Below the pieces are notes generated by a model. That model saw only the letters and a list, made by a program, of their open reading frames with translations. It was not told where the DNA came from and did not search any database. DNA of 61,914 bases. Source: Terriglobia bacterium (lineage in GTDB: Bacteria; Acidobacteriota; Terriglobia; Acidiferrales; UBA7541). Location of the stretch: positions 1 to 61,914 of the forward strand of contig JBGPZW010000001.1 of the NCBI GenBank assembly GCA_041493955.1, read 5' to 3'. How positions within the stretch are numbered: the first letter of the stretch is position 1; the number at the start of each line of letters is the position of its first letter. Position numbers and translations under genes: made by a program. Positions 18,856 to 27,920 of the stretch are shown here, one piece after another.

Positions 18856-18931
18856 TGGGCGGCTAGCTCAGCTGGGAGAGCGCCTCGTTCGCAACGAGGA
18901 GGCCGTGGGTTCGAATCCCATGCCGTCCACC
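18856..18931 (+). tRNA. tRNA-Ala (anticodon CGC)
   Basis: Hand-folded cloverleaf. Acceptor stem is GGGCGGC/GCCGTCC with the G3:U70 alanine identity pair. D arm is GCTC-AGCTGGGA-GAGC. Anticodon arm is CCTCG-TTCGCAA-CGAGG. T arm is GTGGG-TTCGAAT-CCCAT. The discriminator is A and CCA is encoded. Confidence 0.93.
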
Positions 18932-19244
18932 AGCTTTCATTTTCCCAGAATGGTTTGAAGCGAGCTTGCCAGATGGTATGTTGCCGCTGAGGACTCGGCG
19001 GGGGGCGGCGGGCTGCGCATACGACGCCAATGGCCAGCGGGTGCACCAAGAACCGGGGTCGTGAGTGTCCAAACCGGAGGGGAGCACTACGTGCCTAGCC
19101 TTTCCTCCTGGTGTTGCTCGGCGCTTGCGCGCAGGTTGGCGGGAGCACTCCAGGCGAGTTTGACGATGACGTTCGGCGATCCCCGCCGAAGGCAGCAACC
19201 GTTTGTGGTCCCAGAAGGAGCAGTTGCGCGCGCGGAGCGAGCGG

Positions 19245-19466
19245 CTAGTCCTGTTCGATCGTAATCCGGATGGGATGGCCCGGGCGGAAGCCTGCTGCTT
19301 CCTCTTCGCCAACGTAAAAATCAAAGCAGTAGTAGCGTTCGGCGGCGGGAACCTTGGTCGAGGGGATGCGGTCCAGGGGGACCTGAACCATGAACTGCGC
19401 ACGCTTGCCCCAGTGCCACATTCCATGCCGCTGGATCAGTTTGCCACTCCTTACCACTGAAGCCAT
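19245..19466 (-). CDS. Hypothetical protein (73 aa)
   Basis: ATG is preceded by a strong Shine-Dalgarno sequence (ctAGGAGGAagcgtctATG on the minus strand). Third codon positions are GC-rich. I recognise no family. Confidence 0.6.
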   Translation of the reverse strand: MASVVRSGKLIQRHGMWHWGKRAQFMVQVPLDRIPSTKVPAAERYYCFDFYVGEEEAAGFRPGHPIRITIEQD

Positions 19467-20138
19467 AGACGCTTCCTCCTAGAATATCTCGGGGCGCGGG
19501 CGAAGCGCGGGAGCCCGTTTCAACGAGCGCCGGGCGCGGGCCGCGACCAAACTCTCTGGTGCAAGCAAGCAGAGTTTCACTTCGCCGGTGCGCCATTCAG
19601 GTGGCCGGGGAGATGGATCGGGATCTCCCGGTGCAACAGCCGGCTGAGCAGCAGGACGGTCGGTTGTGCTTTTTCCACTATGTTGTCTTGCGGCATTCAA
19701 GCCGCTGGGGCCGTCAGGCCTACCCTGAAAATGTTTCTCTGGGAACCAAGTTAGAGGGGGCGAGGGGGATTACCAATAGCTCGGCCGTATCAATCGGGGT
19801 GCGTCGAAAGTACGTTTGGGCGCGCGGCCCCGGCGGTACCAAGGTCATGGTACCGGCTCTTCGCCCGGGTCTGGCCGTCTCCGGGAGATGAAGCCGGCTC
19901 TTCGCCGCAACCTGCGCCTCACAACCGGGTTCGTTGTGCGGGGGTGGGGGTCACGCCCGCGGATACGGAATCGAAATCGCCCGACCAGCCAAGCGGAAAT
20001 GAAGGAGGGCCCGAGGAGAAGCGCCGGCGGGTCTATGAGTCACTGGAGACTTTGCGCAGGAAGGATAAAGAAACAGATCGCGTGCCGAAGGAGCAGCGCA
20101 AGGGAGAACGATCTGTCAGCGCGCGCCGGGAGGCAGTT

Positions 20139-21752
20139 CTAGCGCAGCGTGGAGGGGCGCGCGACTCGCTGCGCTGTCACCTTCTTGGCGTTTTCGTAAA
20201 GCGCGCGGGCTTCCGGCACCGACTCCACGGCCTTCTGTACCTGCGGGTCGTCCTCGAGTTCCACCTTATAGCCCTCGTTCAGACCGAACTCCGAAGTGAA
20301 GACTTCTTTCTTGATCTTATGCTTGATCCAGGCGAGGTTCTGGGCGATCTCAGGCTCGGTGTAGGAGACGTGCTGGTTGTCGAGGTAGCGGCGAAAGGCG
20401 TTCAGAATCGCATCGTCCACAACGAAGTTCCTGGTGATCTCGGGGCGCGTACCCAAGAAGTGGCGCGTGAAACCGCCCACGCCGGCCTCATAGCGGAAGA
20501 AGATATCGCGGGTCAGCAGTGTGTCCTGGAACTTATCCAGCTTGGGCATGGGCACCACGACATCGGGGTTGATTCCGCCGCCCCCATAAACCTGGCGGCC
20601 TCCGTCGGTCAGCCTAATCTCGGTGGGTTGCTGCGGGCCCTTGCGGTTGTAGTGGTAATCGTAAAGAGACACGGCTTTGTAATCGCGCTGGATGAGCCTT
20701 CCGCTGGGGGTGTAGTACCTCGCGGTGGTCAGCGCCAGGCCGGTGTTTTCACTCAACTGCGAGACGGTCTGCACCAGCCCCTTGCCGAAGCTAGTTTCCC
20801 CCACCACCAGCCCGCGATCGTGATCCTGGACGGCGCCGACGACAATCTCCGCCGCCGAGGCGCTGCTGCCGCTGATCAGCACGACCAGCGGCACCTGCAC
20901 GCCCTGATTGCCGCGTACGGCGTAGTAGCGCCGCTCCTGCGAAGACCGTCCGCGGTGCGACACGATCAACTGGTTCTTCTCGAGGAACATGTCGGTCACC
21001 GCTACGCCTTCGTTCAGCAGGCCCCCGGGGTTGCCGCGCAGGTCCAGGATCAGTCCGACCAGCGTGGCGACGTTCAACTGCTTTAGGGCTTCGGCCAGCT
21101 CGCGGTCGGTCGTTTCGTTGAACCCGGAGACCCGCACGTAGCCGATCCCCGGACGTAGCAGGAAGGCCACGTCCACCGAGTGACGCGGGATTTCATCCCG
21201 CGTGATGGTGAAGAGAATGGGGTCCGCGTAGCCTTCACGGGCCACAATGATGTGCACCACCGTGCCCTTAGGCCCTTTCAGGAGATCGGCCACCTCGGCC
21301 GTGCTCAGCCCTTCCGTGGACTTGTCGTCCACCTTCATGATGACGTCTCCGGGCCGGATTCCCGCCTTGTACGCCGGGGAACCCACAAACGGAGCCAGGA
21401 CCACGGTGCGCGCGTCGCGCGGCGCCACGGTCATACCCACGCCGTAGTACTTGCCGCGCTGCTCTTCACGCAACAGGGAGAATTGCCGGGAGTCGAAAAA
21501 GTTGGAATGCGGGTCGAGCACCCGAAGCATGCCGGGGATGGCGCCCTGATAGAGGGCGTGGTCGGTATCGACCGGTTCGGCGTAGTTCTGCTGGACGATG
21601 GCCAGCACGCGGGTGAAGCTCTTGACCGCTTCCTGCAGATCGTTGGCGCCGGAAGCCGTGGCCCGGACGGAAGGTCCATACGTCCCGCCCAGTACCGCAG
21701 AAACGATCAATACACCAAGCACTAGAAGCGCGCTGCGCCTTTCCGCCTGCAT
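20139..21752 (-). CDS. S41 family carboxyl-terminal processing protease (CtpA/Prc-like) with PDZ domain
   Basis: The sequence contains GVGMTV, the PDZ segment GSPAYKAGIRPGDVIMKVD, LILDLRGNPGG, the catalytic-Ser region ISGSSASAAEI, and GETSFGKG. The start is chosen at MQAERRS, which has an SD-like GAGGA; an ATG at 21791 is also possible. Confidence 0.88.
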   Translation of the reverse strand: MQAERRSALLVLGVLIVSAVLGGTYGPSVRATASGANDLQEAVKSFTRVLAIVQQNYAEPVDTDHALYQGAIPGMLRVLDPHSNFFDSRQFSLLREEQRGKYYGVGMTVAPRDARTVVLAPFVGSPAYKAGIRPGDVIMKVDDKSTEGLSTAEVADLLKGPKGTVVHIIVAREGYADPILFTITRDEIPRHSVDVAFLLRPGIGYVRVSGFNETTDRELAEALKQLNVATLVGLILDLRGNPGGLLNEGVAVTDMFLEKNQLIVSHRGRSSQERRYYAVRGNQGVQVPLVVLISGSSASAAEIVVGAVQDHDRGLVVGETSFGKGLVQTVSQLSENTGLALTTARYYTPSGRLIQRDYKAVSLYDYHYNRKGPQQPTEIRLTDGGRQVYGGGGINPDVVVPMPKLDKFQDTLLTRDIFFRYEAGVGGFTRHFLGTRPEITRNFVVDDAILNAFRRYLDNQHVSYTEPEIAQNLAWIKHKIKKEVFTSEFGLNEGYKVELEDDPQVQKAVESVPEARALYENAKKVTAQRVARPSTLR

Positions 21753-21856
21753 GGATCCTCGCTTTCTCCACTCGTGAAGCGAGTATAGCATAGCATCCGT
21801 GGCGGTTTGACACCCTCTCGACCCTCTTCTATGATGCGGGAGAGGAAACCCTCGAC

Positions 21857-22222
21857 ATGGGGAATCTCGGCTTCTCCGAATTGGTGGTCATTTTCGTGCT
21901 GGCCTTGATCGTCTTCGGGCCTCGCAAGCTCCCTGAGCTAGGCCGCACGCTGGCGAAGGCCCTGGCCGAGTTTCGCAAGGCTTCCGCTGAGCTGAAGATG
22001 GCGGTGGACGAGGAGATGCGCGAGCTCGAACGCCACACTCGGGAGATCGAGGCCAAAGCCAACGAAGTGCTCGAGTCCTCCACTGCGGCGCCGCCGGCCC
22101 TGGCCGAAGGCTCCGCCGACTCCAACTCGATTGCTCCGCCCCAGCCGGTTGCTCCCGCGCCGGGATCCGAGGAGCTCCACTCCGGAGAGAAGCCCGCTGA
22201 TGGCGACCCCAAGCCAGCCTGA
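21857..22222 (+). CDS. tatB: Twin-arginine translocase TatA/TatB family protein (TatB-like length)
   Basis: The sequence begins MGNLGFSELVVIFVLALIVFGPRKLPELGR, the canonical TatA/B N-terminus. The tail is acidic and Pro-rich. Confidence 0.88.
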   Translation: MGNLGFSELVVIFVLALIVFGPRKLPELGRTLAKALAEFRKASAELKMAVDEEMRELERHTREIEAKANEVLESSTAAPPALAEGSADSNSIAPPQPVAPAPGSEELHSGEKPADGDPKPA

Positions 22223-23015
22223 CGACCGCAACGCCCCCGCTGAACACGAAGACGCCACGTCGAAGATGTCGTTTTTCGACCACCTGACCGAGCTGCGCAA
22301 ACACCTCATCCATTCCCTGGTCGCCGTCGGCATCGGGCTGGTCTTCGGGCTCTATTTTTCCGACAAAGCCTTCTACTTCCTGGCGCGACCCATGCTCAAA
22401 GCGCTGCGCGACGCCAAAATGGAGGACAGGCTGATCTACACCAGCCCCTTGGGGCCCCTGCAACTGTTCATCACCGTGGGCCTCTACTTGGGGATTGTGA
22501 TCGCCTCTCCCTACGTCCTCTATCAAATCTGGCTGTTTGTCGCCCCGGGGCTCTACCGCCACGAGCGCCGCGCCGTCACGACCTTCATTCTCTCTTCGCT
22601 GTTGCTGTTTCTGGCGGGAATGGCCTTTGCCTACTTCATCATGCTGCCCATGACCCTGAGTTTTCTGATCAGTTTCCCGGGGCCCTACCGGGCCATGATC
22701 AGCATGAACGACTACTTCGATATGACCCTGGTGATTCTGCTGGGCCTGGGAATTGTCTTTCAGCTTCCCGTGCTGATTTTCTTCCTCTCGTTGTTCGGCA
22801 TCGTGACTCCGAAGTTCATGTGGAACAACTTCCGCTACGCCGTGCTCATTATCGCCATCGTGGCCGCGGTGGTGACGCCCACCACTGACGCCTTTACCAT
22901 GACCATCTTCATGGCCCCCATGATCCTGCTCTACGTGCTGGGCATCGGCGTTTCCGCGCTGGTCGTGCGCAAGAAGCGGCAGGCCGCGGCCGCGGCCCGC
23001 GCCGGGTCCGGCTAA
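22200..23015 (+). CDS. tatC: Twin-arginine translocase subunit TatC
   Basis: The sequence contains MSFFDHLTELRKHLI..., a six-TM pattern, and PTTD. The start at ATG 22200 overlaps the end of tatB. Confidence 0.9.
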   Translation: MATPSQPDDRNAPAEHEDATSKMSFFDHLTELRKHLIHSLVAVGIGLVFGLYFSDKAFYFLARPMLKALRDAKMEDRLIYTSPLGPLQLFITVGLYLGIVIASPYVLYQIWLFVAPGLYRHERRAVTTFILSSLLLFLAGMAFAYFIMLPMTLSFLISFPGPYRAMISMNDYFDMTLVILLGLGIVFQLPVLIFFLSLFGIVTPKFMWNNFRYAVLIIAIVAAVVTPTTDAFTMTIFMAPMILLYVLGIGVSALVVRKKRQAAAAARAGSG

Positions 23016-23039
23016 CGTGACGCCGGCAAAGGCTCGCGG

Positions 23040-23990
23040 ATGACTCGCCTGCTGCTTTCCTGCCTGCTCCTCGGCTGCCTGATGGCCGCGGCGTGCCGGG
23101 CCGAGCCGCAGAGGGATGCGGTGCCGGCCGCCGCGCAAGCCGCCGCGCCCTCAGCTCCCCCGAGCCCGCCAGCGGAAACCACTGGCGGCTTCGATGGCCA
23201 GAAAGCCTATGCGCACGTCGAGCGCTTGGTGGCGATTGGCCCGCGCTCGCCGGGAACGGACGGCATCCGCCGCGCGCGGGAGTACATCGAGGGGCAGCTT
23301 CGGAGCTTTGGTTGTGTGGTCGAAGAAGATGATTTCCACGCGTCCACGGCAGGCGGGCCGGTGGCCATGAAGAACATCGTGGCCAAAATCCCCGGCGCGA
23401 GTCCCGGCGTGGTCCTGCTGGCCTCGCACTACGACACCAAGCGGCTCGAAAACTTCGTCGGAGCCAATGACGGCGGCTCCTCCACCGGCATGATGCTGGA
23501 AATGGCTCGGCTGCTCTGCAGCCGCAAGAACAAGCTCACCATCTGGATCGCTTTCTTCGACGGGGAAGAGGCCTTCGCGGTATGGAGCGCCACCGACGGC
23601 ACTTACGGCAGCCGGCAGATGGCCGCCAAGCTCGCCGTTGCGGGCCAACTCACGCGCATCAAGGCCATGATGCTCGCCGACTTGATCGGCGACAAAAACC
23701 TGCGCATCAAGCGGGAATCAAATTCCACGCGCTGGCTCACGGACATGGTCTGGGCCACCGCCGCGCGACTCGGATACCAGAAGATATTTGTCGCCGAGGA
23801 GACCGCGATCGAGGACGACCACACTCCCTTTCTGAAGCGCGGTGTTCCCGCCGTGGATGTCATCGACCTTGAGGCGCCGTACTGGCACACGAGCGGCGAT
23901 ACGCTGGATAAGATCAGCCCCGACAGTCTAGCCGTTGTCGGACACGTCTTTCTGGAAACGCTCGCCGAACTCGAAAAGAAACTTCGTTAG
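23040..23990 (+). CDS. M28 family metallopeptidase (glutaminyl-cyclase-like), probable lipoprotein
   Basis: A lipobox-like LLGCLMAAAC is present. Motifs include NIVAKIPG, LASHYDT, NDGGSSTG, FFDGEE and DDHTPF. Confidence 0.85.
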   Translation: MTRLLLSCLLLGCLMAAACRAEPQRDAVPAAAQAAAPSAPPSPPAETTGGFDGQKAYAHVERLVAIGPRSPGTDGIRRAREYIEGQLRSFGCVVEEDDFHASTAGGPVAMKNIVAKIPGASPGVVLLASHYDTKRLENFVGANDGGSSTGMMLEMARLLCSRKNKLTIWIAFFDGEEAFAVWSATDGTYGSRQMAAKLAVAGQLTRIKAMMLADLIGDKNLRIKRESNSTRWLTDMVWATAARLGYQKIFVAEETAIEDDHTPFLKRGVPAVDVIDLEAPYWHTSGDTLDKISPDSLAVVGHVFLETLAELEKKLR

Positions 23991-24100
23991 AGCCATCCCC
24001 GCGAGGCTTGAGCAAGCTCTCAATTCTAGCGATGAGCCGCTCCTTGCAGCAGTGCTGCAACCCGCGTCCCTCCGGATGATCGAGGTTGAGAAAGGGAAGC

Positions 24101-24137
24101 CGATAGCTGAGAGCTGAAAACTGGGTACCGATAGCTG
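24101..24137 (+). repeat. Short NNNCTGA heptad run plus a CGATAGCTG direct repeat
   Basis: The sequence reads cgaTAGCTGA GAGCTGA AAACTGG gtac cgatagctg. It resembles the heptad array at 31009-31036. Confidence 0.4.
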
Positions 24138-24159
24138 CGCGCGTACGGCGGACAGCGCG

Positions 24160-25839
24160 TCACTTCTCGAAACAGACTTTCTTTCCGCGAGCGATGAGCG
24201 AGTGTTTCAGGAAATCCTCGTCATTGTGGAAGGGGAAATCGGAGCGGTAGTGGCTTCCCCGGCTTTCTTCGCGGGCCAGCGCCGAACGCGTAATCAGTTG
24301 CGCCAGGGTCCAGAGGTTGTGCAGCTCGCAGGCCCGGCGCGAAGGCTGTTCCGGGCGCTCGACGGCCAGCGTGCCGAGTTGCTCGATGGCTAGAGCCAGG
24401 TCGCGGTCATTGCGGAGGATGCCGGCGTCCTTCCACATGATGGTGCAAATCTGTTCGAGCGCGGAGGCGACGGGATCGGGCGCAGCCGAATGCGCACCCG
24501 CGTTCGTCGTGGAATGCTCGGAGCGTTTCTCGGGAAGGGGATGATTGGCCGGGTGTTTCGCGCGAGGGCCCGGGTTCTGCGCTGATCCTCCACTTTCGTG
24601 GCCCGGACTGGCGGCAGCCGCTCTCGCCCTGGTGGTCGCGGGGAACGCCTGTGCCATGGTCACGCCGGCGCGCGCGCCAAAGACCAAACCTTCCAGAAGG
24701 GAATTGCTGGCCAAGCGGTTCGCGCCGTGGACGCCCGTGGCGGCGGTCTCTCCCGCGGCATAAAGTCCGGGGAGCGTGGTGAGCCCCCACAGGTCGGTCT
24801 TGACACCGCCCATGGCGTAGTGCGCGGCCGGCCGCACGGGCACGAGGTCGCTGGTGATGTCGATGCCGTAGCTCTGGCAGGTAGAAAAAATTCTCGGGAA
24901 CCTCTTGCGGACGAACTCGGCGGGGCGCGCGGTCATATCGAGATAAACGAATTCGGTTTGCGTGCGCTGCATCTCCGTGGCGATGGCGCGGGCTACGACG
25001 TCGCGGGGCGCCAGCTCGCTGGCCTCGTGGTAGCGCTTCATGAAGCGCTCAAGGTCCACGTTGCGGAGCACCGCGCCTTCGCCGCGCAGGGCCTCGGAGA
25101 GCAGAAAGTGCGGCGCCCCCTTCACGGCCAGCGCCGTGGGGTGAAACTGTACGAACTCGAGATCGGACAGCGCGGCGCCGGCCTCGTAGGCAATTGCCAT
25201 GCCGTCGCCGGTGGCCACGGCGGGGTTGGTAGTCTCACGATAGACTTGGCCCAGTCCGCCAGTGGCGAGCAGCACCGCGCCGGCGCGGGCTTCGTGGAGG
25301 CGGTTGTCAGCTTCGTCGAGGTAGCGCAGGCCCGCCACGCGACCCTGTTCGACAAGTAGCTCGGTGGTGAAAGCGTGGGGCCGGATCTCGATGCGCTCGA
25401 GCGTGCCGGCCTCGGCAAAGAGCGCCCGGCTGATCTCGTGGCCGGTGGAATCGCCCTGCGCATGCAGGACGCGCGAGCGGCTGTGCGCTCCTTCGCGGGT
25501 GAAAGCGAGCTTGGTCCCGGCGCGGTCAAACTGCGTGCCCCACTCGATCAGTTGCTGGATATACCGCGGGCCTTCTTCGACCAGCACCTTGACCGCCGCC
25601 GGGTTGCACAGGCCGTCGCCGGCCAGCAGGGTGTCCTGCTCGTGCAAGCTGATCTCATCTTCATCGCTGAGCGCGGCGGCAATTCCGCCCTGGGCCCATT
25701 CGGTGGCCGAATCGCTGAGCGAGGATTTCGCCAGCACCAGCACACTGCCCGCCTGGCCCAGCTCGATGGCCGCGCGCAGCCCAGCAATGCCGCAACCGAC
25801 CACTATGTAATCAGCGTGATGGGGACTCTCTGCCTTCAT
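24160..25839 (-). CDS. nadB: L-aspartate oxidase
   Basis: The sequence begins MKAESPHHADYIVVGCGIAGLRAA (FAD GxGxxG). It also contains AQGGIAAAL, HPTAL and the RGEG..L pattern of NadB/FrdA-type flavoproteins. The track ORF extends further upstream through implausible sequence. Confidence 0.9.
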   Translation of the reverse strand: MKAESPHHADYIVVGCGIAGLRAAIELGQAGSVLVLAKSSLSDSATEWAQGGIAAALSDEDEISLHEQDTLLAGDGLCNPAAVKVLVEEGPRYIQQLIEWGTQFDRAGTKLAFTREGAHSRSRVLHAQGDSTGHEISRALFAEAGTLERIEIRPHAFTTELLVEQGRVAGLRYLDEADNRLHEARAGAVLLATGGLGQVYRETTNPAVATGDGMAIAYEAGAALSDLEFVQFHPTALAVKGAPHFLLSEALRGEGAVLRNVDLERFMKRYHEASELAPRDVVARAIATEMQRTQTEFVYLDMTARPAEFVRKRFPRIFSTCQSYGIDITSDLVPVRPAAHYAMGGVKTDLWGLTTLPGLYAAGETAATGVHGANRLASNSLLEGLVFGARAGVTMAQAFPATTRARAAAASPGHESGGSAQNPGPRAKHPANHPLPEKRSEHSTTNAGAHSAAPDPVASALEQICTIMWKDAGILRNDRDLALAIEQLGTLAVERPEQPSRRACELHNLWTLAQLITRSALAREESRGSHYRSDFPFHNDEDFLKHSLIARGKKVCFEK

Positions 25840-25977
25840 TCTCGTGCTCGAGCAACCGTGGCCATTGGCGAGCGAACCCAAGAGTATGTTAGCACGTCCC
25901 AAATCGCTCGGCGGAGTCGCCCCGCCGGGCCCGGGCCAAGCCTCCCGCCGAATTGTGCTACATTCTTCGCTCCAGCT

Positions 25978-27078
25978 ATGCGCGCACCTCAACGCATCGT
26001 TGTTCGCGCCACGGCAGGCGACTACACCGCGATGTGCGGTCGAGGCACGCTGGCCCGCGCGGGCCAGCTCGCCGCCGATCTCGGCGAAAACACAGGCATC
26101 TTCATCCTCTCTTCGCCCAGGGTCTGGAAACATTGCGGCCGGAGGGTCGCGTCGAGTCTTCGCCGCGCCGGTGGCTGTCGCACCATCCTCTTCGACGACC
26201 GCGAGGCCTCGAAGAATATGCGCACGGTTGAAGCGCTCTGCCGCCGGCTGGTGCGCGCGGGAGCCGACCGCCGCGCTGTGCTCGTCGCCGTAGGCGGCGG
26301 AGTAGTAGGCGATGTCGCCGGCTTTGTCGCGGCGAGCTATTTGCGTGGCATTCACCTGGTGCACGTGCCCACAACGCTCGTGGCCCAGGTGGACAGCGCC
26401 ACCGGCGGCAAGACCGGCGTGAACCTGCCGGAAGGCAAGAACTTGGTCGGCGCTTTCTACCCGCCGCGCCTGGTTCTGGCCGACCCTGCCGTCCTCTCGA
26501 CGCTCCCGGCCCGGCAGTTCCGCTCGGGCATCTACGAAGTGATCAAGTACGGGGTCATCGGCGATGCGGCGTTGTTCCGTTTTCTCGAGCGCCGCCTGGA
26601 CGACTTGCTGAGTCAGCGAGCAACTGCGCTTGACTGGATCGTGCCTCGATGTATCCGGGCCAAAGCTCGGGTGGTGAGCCGGGACGAGCGCGAAGCCGGG
26701 CTACGCGAAATTCTGAACTTCGGCCACACCGTGGGCCATGCGCTCGAGGCGGCAACCCGCTACAAGCGTTTTCTTCACGGCGAGGCAGTCGCCTGGGGCA
26801 TGGTTGCGGCGGTCTGGCTCGCGGTCGGGCTGCAGCGACTCGCCGAAGGCGAAGCGGCGCGGATCATCCGTCTCATCTCGCGCGTAGGTGCGCTGCCACG
26901 GCTGCCGGGGATCTCGGCAAGCCGGCTACTCAGGTTCATGCGCGCGGACAAGAAGTCACGCGGCGGGCGCCTGCGGTTCGTGCTGCCGCGCCGCATCGGC
27001 CGAGTGGAGACGATGAGCGATATCCCGGAACGCTTGATCGGCAGGGTTTGGAGCCATCTGCTGGCCTCGGTTCGATGA
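25978..27078 (+). CDS. aroB: 3-dehydroquinate synthase
   Basis: Motifs present are GGGVVGDVAGFVAASYLRGI, VPTTLVAQVDSATGGKTGVN, and NFGHTVGHALE...HGEAVAWG. The start is at ATG 25978, divergent from nadB. Confidence 0.9.
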   Translation: MRAPQRIVVRATAGDYTAMCGRGTLARAGQLAADLGENTGIFILSSPRVWKHCGRRVASSLRRAGGCRTILFDDREASKNMRTVEALCRRLVRAGADRRAVLVAVGGGVVGDVAGFVAASYLRGIHLVHVPTTLVAQVDSATGGKTGVNLPEGKNLVGAFYPPRLVLADPAVLSTLPARQFRSGIYEVIKYGVIGDAALFRFLERRLDDLLSQRATALDWIVPRCIRAKARVVSRDEREAGLREILNFGHTVGHALEAATRYKRFLHGEAVAWGMVAAVWLAVGLQRLAEGEAARIIRLISRVGALPRLPGISASRLLRFMRADKKSRGGRLRFVLPRRIGRVETMSDIPERLIGRVWSHLLASVR

Positions 27079-27851
27079 GTTCGCAGACTCCCACTCGCAT
27101 CCCGCTGCCCGGCACGCGGCCTTCCGGCGCGCACGACGAGGGCGAAGCCGCGCGGCAGGTGCGGCAGATGTTCAGCGACATCGCCCCGCGCTACGATTTC
27201 CTTAATCATCTTCTCTCCTTCAATCTGGACCGCGTCTGGCGCCGGCGCGTGGCGCAGCGCTTCAGCCATATCCTGGCGGGCACCGAGGCCCGCGTGCTCG
27301 ACCTGTGCTGCGGCACGGGAGACCTTACACTCGCACTTCGGCGCACCGGCTGCGCCACCGTCTTTGGAACGGACTTCGCCCACCCCATGCTGGCGCTCGC
27401 GCAGCAGAAGTCAAACCGCGCGGGCATCGCTGGCGCGGGCCTGGGAGGCTTCGTTGAAGCCGATGTGTTGCAGTTGCCTTTCGCCGACGCCAGCTTTGAT
27501 CTGGCCACCGCCGCGTTCGGATTCCGCAATCTCGCCAACTACGAACGCGGGCTGCGTGAAACCCTCCGTGTTCTGCGGCCCGGCGGGGAAGTGGGCATTC
27601 TCGAATTTGCCGAGCCACGCGGCGCGCTGTTCGGGCCGCTCTACCGCTTCTACTTCACGCGGATTCTCCCGCGCGTGGGGCGTGCTTTCTCGAGAAACTC
27701 CGAGGCCTATTCCTATCTGCCGAGCTCGGTGGAAGTATTTCCGTCGCCGGGGGATTTGACCGCGCTGATGTCGCGCGCGGGCTTTGCCGACGCCTGCTTC
27801 GAGTTGTGGACCGGCGGAATCGTGGCGCTGCACACCGGTCGCCGCGCCTGA
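27075..27851 (+). CDS. ubiE: Demethylmenaquinone/ubiquinone methyltransferase (UbiE/MenG)
   Basis: Motifs present are MFSDIAPRYDFLNHLLSFNLDRVWRR, the SAM-binding VLDLCCGTGD, and FGFRN. The start overlaps the aroB stop (ATGA). Confidence 0.88.
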   Translation: MSSQTPTRIPLPGTRPSGAHDEGEAARQVRQMFSDIAPRYDFLNHLLSFNLDRVWRRRVAQRFSHILAGTEARVLDLCCGTGDLTLALRRTGCATVFGTDFAHPMLALAQQKSNRAGIAGAGLGGFVEADVLQLPFADASFDLATAAFGFRNLANYERGLRETLRVLRPGGEVGILEFAEPRGALFGPLYRFYFTRILPRVGRAFSRNSEAYSYLPSSVEVFPSPGDLTALMSRAGFADACFELWTGGIVALHTGRRA

Positions 27852-27920
27852 CACCCACCGCAACCTGTCGCTTTACACGCCTGGCTCGATGTGTAGAATG
27901 GAGCCGCTCAGGAGGAGGGT

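Noticed and set aside
18932-20138. A possible integrated mobile element or prophage remnant downstream of tRNA-Ala.
   Set aside because: There is no integrase, recombinase, phage or transposase gene, and no 3'-tRNA direct repeat that would mark an att site. Only a small orphan gene and non-coding DNA are present.
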